The notes under the pieces were generated by a model. It did no database searches. It was not told the origin of the DNA and saw nothing but the letters and a program-made list of their open reading frames with translations. 21,214 bases of DNA from an uncultured archaeon. GTDB lineage: Archaea; Thermoplasmatota; Penumbrarchaeia; JASLWR01. The translations under genes and the position numbers were made by a program. The stretch covers positions 16,580 to 37,793 of the forward strand of contig CAYFHS010000020.1 in assembly GCA_964342815.1 (NCBI GenBank), written 5' to 3'. This document shows, piece by piece, positions 1-7,503 of this stretch (positions are counted from its first letter, which is position 1; every line of letters starts with the position of its first letter).

Positions 1-1
1 T

Positions 2-274
2 GAAAGTATTGAGGATACGGTTGATGAAAGTATTGAGGATACGGTTGATGAAAGTATTGAGGATACGGTTGATGAAAGTCTTGAGGATACGGTTGATGAA
101 AGTATTGAGGAAACGGTGGATGAAGGTATTGAGGAAACGGTGGATGAAAGTATTGAGGAAACGGTGGATGAAAGTATTGAGGAAACGGTGGATGAAAGTA
201 TTGAGGAAACGGTGGATGAAGGTATTGAGGAAACGGTGGATGAAGGTATTGAGGAAACGGTGGATGAAAGTATT
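2..274 (+). repeat. 24-bp coding tandem repeat, 11 complete units plus a partial unit
   Basis: Unit GAAAGTATTGAGGA(T/A)ACGGT(T/G)GAT is contiguous from 2 to 265 with no spacers. Units 1-4 carry GAT-ACG-GTT and units 5-11 carry GAA-ACG-GTG. Confidence 0.97.
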
Positions 275-301
275 GGGGCTGGTGTAAAAGAAATCGGGTA
301 G
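2..301 (+). CDS. 3' end of a gene running in from the left edge; acidic low-complexity tail of (E-S/G-I/L-E-D/E-T-V-D) repeats
   Basis: Frame starting at base 2 is open to TAG at 299-301, convergent with dph2 (28-bp gap). Unit variation is synonymous (GTT/GTG Val) or conservative (D/E, I/L, S/G) in this frame, which favours it over the other open frames. Confidence 0.55.
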   Translation, partial: ESIEDTVDESIEDTVDESIEDTVDESLEDTVDESIEETVDEGIEETVDESIEETVDESIEETVDESIEETVDEGIEETVDEGIEETVDESIGAGVKEIG

Positions 302-329
302 AAATCCTGTTTATTCCACTCAAAAAGTA

Positions 330-1391
330 TCAGTCCAATTCATCTATTATAAGCTGTTCAATGTCTATTTCTCCAATGGTCAATAAGAATTCTCCTGGTG
401 TTAATACCGGCACCGGATAAAGTAACCCGTCGTCATATGCTATCCTTGGACAAGCGGTGGAAACGATCCCGTCGATCTTAATACCTATGAAATGTTCCGG
501 TCTGATCTCATCCATCAGGTGAAGCTCGCACAAGTATCCCTTTTTCCGTCCCTTACGTACCAGTTCCCTGGCGATTTCCGGTCGGTACTGCCCGGGTCGG
601 GAACATAAAATAACAGAAAATCTCTTTTGATCTGAAAGCGAAAGAGCCAAGGATGCTCTTTTGTATAGAAATCCTTCTCCGGTTATCATCTCCGCTTCTC
701 CCGAGTGCGGATTTACCGAAATTACCTTTTTTCCGGTTGAGATTGCGATCCCCCGAGGATGAAATTTTCCCGTACCAATAAAAATTACCGCATCCGCATC
801 TTTCATTCTTGCAGCAGAGAAATTGCATCCAAGAACCTGACCTGCGATCCCTGCACGCCCACATGGAGTGTTGATCAGCGGGAATACGTCTTTCTTTTTC
901 AGCTCATGAGCGATATCGGTCAATGCATCTACATACTGGACCGTAGTGGTAATAACTGTTTTTTTCCCCTCGAGGGAGTATTTCTCCACGATCAGATTCA
1001 GTGCCCCCTCCAGTATTTTCATGTCAACAGGAAGTTTTATCGGAATGTATGACGTTGGTATATTATTCTCGAACGTGTCCATTTTACTATGGCCCATGTG
1101 GATGAGGTGGGTCACTCCCATTTCTTCGAGATACGCGTATGGTATATCGCAAGCTCCGTAACTTGGACGAAGTAACGTCAAAACCTCACAATTGAGCCTC
1201 TTTCGTATCAACTCTGAGAACAAAATGTTTTCCCGGACGATTCCAGAAGGCATCTGGAGGGCAATGATGGAATCCGAATTTATTTCTGTTATTTGGTCCA
1301 GTGCTTTATCTAGCTCTGAACGGGCGGTCTCGGTAATGGAGAAATCCTTCATGGGTCGGACATGCAATGAATCGGATATTATATTTCGCAT
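330..1391 (-). CDS. dph2: Diphthamide biosynthesis enzyme Dph2 (2-(3-amino-3-carboxypropyl)histidine synthase); alternative start at 1352
   Basis: Three Fe-S ligand Cys motifs YGACD, VLGCN and TACPRIAYDD, plus FIGTGKFHP; length typical of archaeal Dph2. Confidence 0.95.
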   Translation of the reverse strand: MRNIISDSLHVRPMKDFSITETARSELDKALDQITEINSDSIIALQMPSGIVRENILFSELIRKRLNCEVLTLLRPSYGACDIPYAYLEEMGVTHLIHMGHSKMDTFENNIPTSYIPIKLPVDMKILEGALNLIVEKYSLEGKKTVITTTVQYVDALTDIAHELKKKDVFPLINTPCGRAGIAGQVLGCNFSAARMKDADAVIFIGTGKFHPRGIAISTGKKVISVNPHSGEAEMITGEGFLYKRASLALSLSDQKRFSVILCSRPGQYRPEIARELVRKGRKKGYLCELHLMDEIRPEHFIGIKIDGIVSTACPRIAYDDGLLYPVPVLTPGEFLLTIGEIDIEQLIIDELD

Positions 1392-1520
1392 ATTTTTATT
1401 TATTATCGATTCCGAATCAAATAAAAAAACCCAAAAAGAGAATTATAGCAAGCTCCTTTAGCTTAGAAACGTTAAAAAATTGGCCGTGATATCATAATTG
1501 AAAAAATCTTCGCTGCGCTG

Positions 1521-2228
1521 ATGAGGAAACTCGGTCCTGGAATGCCATCAAAGGAACGCAGCAGGGTTCTTCGTGTGAAACTCATGGGTAGGGAAGAATA
1601 TTATCGTAGATTTATTGATAGTATTTCCGATAGTTTTGGGCGGAGGCTCTGGGCGCTGATAATAGATATATCTGGGATAGACATTGGATATATGGAGAGC
1701 TTTTGTGCTGATCTTCCTCACTTCACCAACTACTGCAAGAAGCGAAAAATGCCTTCCATGATCACCCTTTCCGTGGAACAGGCTGTTGCTCTCGATGGCA
1801 GAAATTGGGGGATGCTGGTAAAAGGTTTCGAGATCAAGGATCTGGTTGTTGATTGCCGCCCTGAAGGAATTATTGGGTCAGATATGAATGATGTGCATAG
1901 GTTGGTGCGTAATGTAAATGAGCAGATAAAACGGGGAAAACGCCTTAATGAGCATATGAATACTCATTATTTCCACAACGATTATATTATGACGATCCAT
2001 CTGGGTGAAACCACATGCAGTGATGACCTGAATTCAGGTATAATTGGAGAAATTGCTGGATTGGATCTGGTTAAATTCAGGTTCCATGACCGAGTTCTGG
2101 GAACCAACAAAACAGATATAAAACGTCTTATTTTTCAAAAGATGAAGAAATCCGGGAAGATATATCTAGATGAAGCCAATAACATTAAAATGAATGTACG
2201 AATTCGCGAAGAGTCCGTCGTGATCTGA
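1521..2228 (+). CDS. Hypothetical protein, 235 aa, divergent from dph2
   Basis: Long ORF filling the gap between known genes, with globular-looking composition. No family recognised; start uncertain. Confidence 0.6.
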   Translation: MRKLGPGMPSKERSRVLRVKLMGREEYYRRFIDSISDSFGRRLWALIIDISGIDIGYMESFCADLPHFTNYCKKRKMPSMITLSVEQAVALDGRNWGMLVKGFEIKDLVVDCRPEGIIGSDMNDVHRLVRNVNEQIKRGKRLNEHMNTHYFHNDYIMTIHLGETTCSDDLNSGIIGEIAGLDLVKFRFHDRVLGTNKTDIKRLIFQKMKKSGKIYLDEANNIKMNVRIREESVVI

Positions 2229-2393
2229 AAGATATATTCAGTGATCGTAAACATTTATACAAATGTGCTCGCGATTTCCGTATTTTGGGCTTTTATTTGG
2301 TTTTTTATACCCGTTTATTGCCTAAACGGTTCCAATATTTCATTCAAATCGATTCTTCTTATCCCAAGAAATTATTGGATTATACAAATAATC

Positions 2394-2401
2394 TTTAAAT
2401 A
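2394..2401 (+). promoter_or_regulatory. Putative TATA box of the first PPC/Ig gene
   Basis: TTTAAATA starting 80 nt before ATG 2474; the paralog has TTTATATA at the same offset. Confidence 0.6.
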
Positions 2402-2473
2402 ACTGTTAGTGGTTAAATTACGGAAATTTATCACATTTAGAGAATGTGGTATGTAGAAAAGCGAGGTGCAAAA

Positions 2474-4468
2474 ATGAAAAGAAATATTGTTTTATTCATA
2501 GGACTGTTGTTGTTGGGTTCGATTTTGGCAACGGCGGCAGGCGCTGTGGAAAGTAGAGCTGATGATGAAACTCCAAGTACGGCCACCGAAGTTTGGTTCG
2601 GCGATGTTAAGAATGATGATTTGAATAATACGATCGATGAATCTGACTGGTACAAAATTAATCTGAAAGCAGGTGCTGTGATCACTCTGAACCTGACGGT
2701 TCCTGCCACTGGGGATTTCGATATATACCTGTACGACGACCCTGACTATGAAGATATTATCAATAGCAGTGGAGAGGACCAATTTGAAGAGATAGTTTAT
2801 ACGGCGCCCGATCCCGGATATTATTTCATTGAATGTTGGGCAAATGATGGAAACGGCAGTTACACCCTAACCATCGATGGTGTCAATCCCCCGGATAATG
2901 ACAATGATATTGGCAACGCCACCGTGTTGGATATCGGTCAAACAAAGACTTCCACCATGTCGGTGGGAAGTGTTGATCTGCAGGATTGGTATCAGGTGAA
3001 CATTTCCGAAGGGGATCATATCACGGTCACTTTGGTGGTGCCGAATTCCGGAGAATATGATCTGGACGTATACGACCCCGATTTGATATTAATCGATGGG
3101 AGTTATAACACTGAGCTTGGAGACGATGAGGAAGTTGTATTCGTCGCGGAAAAGACAGGTGACCATTTCATTTTCTGTGAAGCATTCGAGGGATCCGGTT
3201 CCTATACGCTTACCGTGCTCAAGAATATGCCTCCTGTGATAACTTCACAAGTTCCCGCGGGAGTCAACGTGACGGTATACGAAGGGGAGATTGTTCTGTT
3301 CAACATCACTTTAGATGACGAGAACGTCGAGGCATTAACTTATGAGTGGAAAGTGGACGGAACATCGGAATCGAATGAATCCTCATTTGAAATCGTAACA
3401 ACTTTCGTAGATGAATACCGTGCCGGGAACTACGAAGTGGAGGTCCAGGTCACCGACGACATACTTGAGACCGATACATTCGTTTGGAATCTTACCGTGC
3501 TGGACGTGAACCAGATCCCCGAGATTCAAAAATTCATGCCCAACATTACAAACGTTTCCATAAATGAAGGGGAAAAACTGCCTCTTTCAATAAATGTAAC
3601 CGACATTGACGGTACCGTACCCCTTTACCAGTGGTATTTGAATGGCGCAGTCATTGTCAATGAAACTTTATCCAGCTATGATTTCATCACCGACTATGAT
3701 ATGGAAGGAATCTACACTATAGCGGTAAATGTTACAGATGGGGCGGATGACACTCTCGTGGATTCCGTGGTCTGGACGATCACAGTCTTGAATTCCGATC
3801 GACCGCCGATTGTAAGCATTTTTGGCAATGATACCGTCGTGATATACGAGGGAAACTGGGTCAATTTCTTTGTGAACGCTACTGATCCGGACGGAGACGT
3901 GCTCTCATACAAATGGTTGTTCGACGGGGAAAATCTTAGCGGCGAAGAGGGTGTAAATTATAACTACAGTTCGGACTACAGCAGTGCTGATGGAAATGTG
4001 CATGATGTAATGGTGGAAATAAGCTCTGGCGAGCATGTGATCAATTTCACATGGAAACTTACCATAATTAACGTGAACCGTCTTCCGGAGATCGACGATG
4101 GCAGCATAAAACCAACCCTAGATACGATTCTAACTGCAGGGGAAGACATAACGTTCTCCGTTGATGCTGCAGATCCGGACGGTGAGCAGTTAAGCTATAC
4201 CTGGACTTTAAATGAGACAGGGGAGAAATTCACGAACCAGAGTTTCAACCATACACTGCCTGCCGGTACCTACGTTCTTCACATAACCGTTGAAGATGGT
4301 AGTGGAGGTTCAGACAGCTTCATACTTACCATCAACGTGGCTGAAACAGCAGTCGAACCTATCGATGAGGAAGCTGAAGATTCGTATCTCTTGTGGATAA
4401 TCATAGCAATTGTCTTGGTTGTGATCATTGTGATCATAATCGTGGTTATTGTGAAGAAACGAAGTTGA
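2474..4468 (+). CDS. Secreted, C-terminally anchored surface glycoprotein: signal peptide, 2 PPC (pre-peptidase C-terminal-like) domains, 4 Ig/PKD-like domains, TM anchor
   Basis: Start moved from 2444 to 2474 (GAGGTG at 2463-2468; MKRNIVLFIGLLLLGSIL signal). PPC-type motifs DESDWYKINL and DLQDWYQVNI with DFDIYLY/EYDLDVY. Ig repeats begin NMPPVI, NQIPEI, DRPPIV, NRLPEI. Tail LLWIIIAIVLVVIIVIIIVVIVKKRS. At least 20 N-x-S/T sequons. Confidence 0.85.
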   Translation: MKRNIVLFIGLLLLGSILATAAGAVESRADDETPSTATEVWFGDVKNDDLNNTIDESDWYKINLKAGAVITLNLTVPATGDFDIYLYDDPDYEDIINSSGEDQFEEIVYTAPDPGYYFIECWANDGNGSYTLTIDGVNPPDNDNDIGNATVLDIGQTKTSTMSVGSVDLQDWYQVNISEGDHITVTLVVPNSGEYDLDVYDPDLILIDGSYNTELGDDEEVVFVAEKTGDHFIFCEAFEGSGSYTLTVLKNMPPVITSQVPAGVNVTVYEGEIVLFNITLDDENVEALTYEWKVDGTSESNESSFEIVTTFVDEYRAGNYEVEVQVTDDILETDTFVWNLTVLDVNQIPEIQKFMPNITNVSINEGEKLPLSINVTDIDGTVPLYQWYLNGAVIVNETLSSYDFITDYDMEGIYTIAVNVTDGADDTLVDSVVWTITVLNSDRPPIVSIFGNDTVVIYEGNWVNFFVNATDPDGDVLSYKWLFDGENLSGEEGVNYNYSSDYSSADGNVHDVMVEISSGEHVINFTWKLTIINVNRLPEIDDGSIKPTLDTILTAGEDITFSVDAADPDGEQLSYTWTLNETGEKFTNQSFNHTLPAGTYVLHITVEDGSGGSDSFILTINVAETAVEPIDEEAEDSYLLWIIIAIVLVVIIVIIIVVIVKKRS

Positions 4469-4500
4469 GATATAGGAAAAAAACCGTATGTTGGTAATTT

Positions 4501-4547
4501 AAGACAATACCCGAGGCTGAACTTAACGGGTATTGTCTTCTTTTTTT
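4501..4547 (+). terminator. Hairpin plus oligo-T terminator-like element
   Basis: Perfect 13-bp inverted repeat AAGACAATACCCG (4501-4513) / CGGGTATTGTCTT (4527-4539), followed by C and T7 (4541-4547), 32 nt after the stop at 4468. Confidence 0.7.
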
Positions 4548-4660
4548 CTCTCTTTTCATCCATTTTGAAACATTGTTTTATCATATTTTATCACCTCACT
4601 TTCCCGCGAGGCGGTTACGTTTCCTGAAATCACAAGGTTTTTTCGTAATTACAAGCAAGA

Positions 4661-4668
4661 TTTATATA
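4661..4668 (+). promoter_or_regulatory. Putative TATA box of the second PPC/Ig gene
   Basis: TTTATATA preceded by purine-rich GCAAGA, starting 80 nt before ATG 4741. Confidence 0.65.
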
Positions 4669-4740
4669 AGGCGTCAGGGTTTAGAGTAGGCTCAATTTCC
4701 GCAAGAATTATTGCGGATTATAGTAAGACGAGGTATGGAA

Positions 4741-7485
4741 ATGAAAAAGAATTTTGTATATATTACAGTATTGATAATGATTATTTCCGCATTGTTCGGA
4801 GTGAGCAGCGCTGAAATAACAGAAAATAGCCGGGGTGGGACTAGGGCCAATGACGATGATCCGGGTAATGCAACAACGGTCCAGTTTGGTGACACCAAGG
4901 TAGATACCTTGGATAACGAGACCGATGAGGATGATTGGTACAAGATCACCCTCAATGCAGGAGCCATTCTTATTCTGAATCTTACCGTTCCGGCAACCGG
5001 GGACCTTGATCTTTATCTTTTCGATGATCCAGAAGGTTGGTTCGTAGACGTAAGTTGGGATGAGCAACTCGGAGGATTTGAAGAGATCACCTATCAAGCC
5101 GGACAGGGGGGATTATATTATATTTTATGCAACGCCTATGATGGAAATGGGCAGTATACATTGCGTATTACAGAAGGTGTTCCGCCCGATAACGACAATA
5201 CACCCGCCACTGCAACACCTATCAATTTGGGCTCGCCTGCAAATAGCGACCTTGACAAGGATGGTTTGGATTCTCAGGACTGGTGGAAGATAGCTCTCGA
5301 GGCGGGTGATGTGATCAACGTGCATCTAACCGTACCGGGGACCGCTGATTTCGATTTATATGTCGTGGATCAATATAACTCCCTGATCGCGTACAGTGAA
5401 TCGGAGGATTCGGTGGAGGAGGTGACATTTGGGGTGTCGAATACGGAAAATTATTATATTATTGTCGGCGCCTATGGAGGATCGGGACAATATACCCTCA
5501 CTGTAACGAAGATCGGAACATTCATTCCGGATCACGATGACGATCTCGATAACGCAACATTCGTTTCTGTCCCCTATTTCATCAAGGGTGATTTGAATTC
5601 AACTGTAGATACTTTGGACTGGTATGAGTTTGAAATTGGTATTGGCCAGGAAGTAACCATATGGTTGGACGTACCCGATAATGCCGATTTTCATATGACA
5701 CTGCGAACTTATGACGATTTTGTCGAGATAATGAATACACCAGGAATTGGAGTGGATGAAGAGATCGTATACAAGGACGGATCTGTACGGAACCGGGGTA
5801 TGAACGGGTATTATATCGGTGTGTGGGTCAATTCCAGCGTTCCGTGTGAAACATCTGAATATACATTGATCATTGATTTTACGACAGATGTTGAGGAAAT
5901 GGACAATGATAACTCCTTCGAGCTGGCCACCGAGATCACCCCACCTGACAGCATACAGGATTCACTTAACTATCCCTGGGACGCGAGAGATTATTACACT
6001 ATCGATGCCGGAGGAGAGCGTGAAGAAATTATTTCAGTCGATCTCGATATTCCCGACGACAGTAATGTGGAATTTCTGGTATACGATTCTGATGAAACAT
6101 GGCTTTCCGCGGCTAACTTCTCAGAGGACGGGTATATCGAGTACGAATGTCCCGAGGAGGGAACATACTATCTGATCGCCTATATGTACCATGGCAGCGG
6201 CGCATATACCATGGATGTTGACGTTATCTCATCGAATATCCCCCCCGTGATCGCATCGCAGATACCCGTAACCGAAAATGTGAACCTTAATGAGGGAGAG
6301 GACCTCCGCTTCGAGGTAACCGTGCAGGACGAGGATCTTGCGAACCTTACCTACGAGTGGTCCGTAGGCAACGTCAAAGAAACCGGTTTTACCGGGAATT
6401 TCTTTGATGTGAATTCCACATATATTGCCGAGTTCTCTGCCGGGCTCTACGAGATCACAGTTGAGATAACCGATTCGGGTGACCTGTCAGTATCTAAGAC
6501 CTGGAACCTTACCGTCATAAACGTAAATAAATTACCCGAGATAGAAATCAAGGAACCGGTAGAAACGGACATAACAATAAACGAGACGGATACCGTCACT
6601 TTCGAGATAGACGTATCCGATATCGACGGACCCACTCCGGGTATCCAGTGGTCGCTTGACGGAATGGACCTCGAAGACGAGGACGAAGATACCTACGAAT
6701 TCATTTCGGACTATCTTTCTGCCGGTGTTCATATTATTGGTGTAAATGTCACCGACAGCGTGAATGAGAGTCTTGTCAATTCGACATTCTGGACCGTTAC
6801 TGTTATCGATAAGGACCGGGCACCCGAGCTCGCCAATATGACCCCCACGGGAAAGGCTAAGACCGATGAGTTGACCCATGTGGAGTTCAGCCTCGATGCC
6901 TATGATCCCGATGGTGATACCGTTAGCTACGAGTGGTACATGGACGGTAAAAAAATAAAGGATGCGGACGGTGATTCATATACTTTCGTTCCAGACTCGG
7001 ACAGTGCGGATGGGGAAACTCACGAGATAATGGTGATGGTATGGGCAGAGGACCTGGAGTCGAACCATACCTGGAAGCTGGACATCGATAACGTGAATCG
7101 CAGACCGGAAATAGATATTCTAGGACTGCTCCCAGCTCCAGAAGATGAGTTCACAGCCGGAGATGAGATCGAATTTATCATTTTTGCCACTGACCCCGAT
7201 GGGGACGATATCACTTACACTCTCAAAATAGTGGAAGCGAAGAAATCCGAAAGGGAACGTGAAGATGATTTCATGAATGTATTTCACAAGCTCGATGCTG
7301 GGACATATACGATCAATATAACGGCGGAAGATGGCAACGGAGGTTTTGATTATTACGAATTCTCCATAGAAGTAACGGAGGTACCAGGTACCGGGACTGA
7401 AGAAACACCGGGCTTTGGAATTGGGATATTACTACTGATATTGATTTGTTTGATGGGTTTAATAAAGACCTTTTATGGAAAATAA
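4741..7485 (+). CDS. Secreted surface glycoprotein, paralog of the upstream gene: signal peptide, 4 PPC domains, 4 Ig/PKD-like domains, PGF-CTERM-like sorting signal
   Basis: Start moved from 4711 to 4741 (GAGGT at 4730-4734; MKKNFVYITVLIMIISALFG). PPC motifs DEDDWYKITL, DSQDWWKIAL, DTLDWYEFEI, DARDYYTIDA. Shares LNLTVPATGD with the upstream gene. C-terminus ETPGFGIGILLLILICLMGLIKTFYGK. Confidence 0.85.
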   Translation: MKKNFVYITVLIMIISALFGVSSAEITENSRGGTRANDDDPGNATTVQFGDTKVDTLDNETDEDDWYKITLNAGAILILNLTVPATGDLDLYLFDDPEGWFVDVSWDEQLGGFEEITYQAGQGGLYYILCNAYDGNGQYTLRITEGVPPDNDNTPATATPINLGSPANSDLDKDGLDSQDWWKIALEAGDVINVHLTVPGTADFDLYVVDQYNSLIAYSESEDSVEEVTFGVSNTENYYIIVGAYGGSGQYTLTVTKIGTFIPDHDDDLDNATFVSVPYFIKGDLNSTVDTLDWYEFEIGIGQEVTIWLDVPDNADFHMTLRTYDDFVEIMNTPGIGVDEEIVYKDGSVRNRGMNGYYIGVWVNSSVPCETSEYTLIIDFTTDVEEMDNDNSFELATEITPPDSIQDSLNYPWDARDYYTIDAGGEREEIISVDLDIPDDSNVEFLVYDSDETWLSAANFSEDGYIEYECPEEGTYYLIAYMYHGSGAYTMDVDVISSNIPPVIASQIPVTENVNLNEGEDLRFEVTVQDEDLANLTYEWSVGNVKETGFTGNFFDVNSTYIAEFSAGLYEITVEITDSGDLSVSKTWNLTVINVNKLPEIEIKEPVETDITINETDTVTFEIDVSDIDGPTPGIQWSLDGMDLEDEDEDTYEFISDYLSAGVHIIGVNVTDSVNESLVNSTFWTVTVIDKDRAPELANMTPTGKAKTDELTHVEFSLDAYDPDGDTVSYEWYMDGKKIKDADGDSYTFVPDSDSADGETHEIMVMVWAEDLESNHTWKLDIDNVNRRPEIDILGLLPAPEDEFTAGDEIEFIIFATDPDGDDITYTLKIVEAKKSEREREDDFMNVFHKLDAGTYTINITAEDGNGGFDYYEFSIEVTEVPGTGTEETPGFGIGILLLILICLMGLIKTFYGK
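7408..7482 (+). other. PGF-CTERM-like archaeosortase sorting signal
   Basis: Pro-Gly-Phe (CCG GGC TTT, 7408-7416) after a Thr/Glu linker, then a hydrophobic helix and a short Lys-containing tail. Confidence 0.7.
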
Positions 7486-7503
7486 TATTTAAAGTATAAT
7501 CTA

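Noticed and set aside
1-329. Read-through of the dph2 TGA into an open frame encoding (PQYFHPPF)n
   Set aside because: The frame is open to the window edge, but stop-free 24-bp repeats are open in most frames, and unit variation is synonymous or conservative only in the + strand acidic frame.
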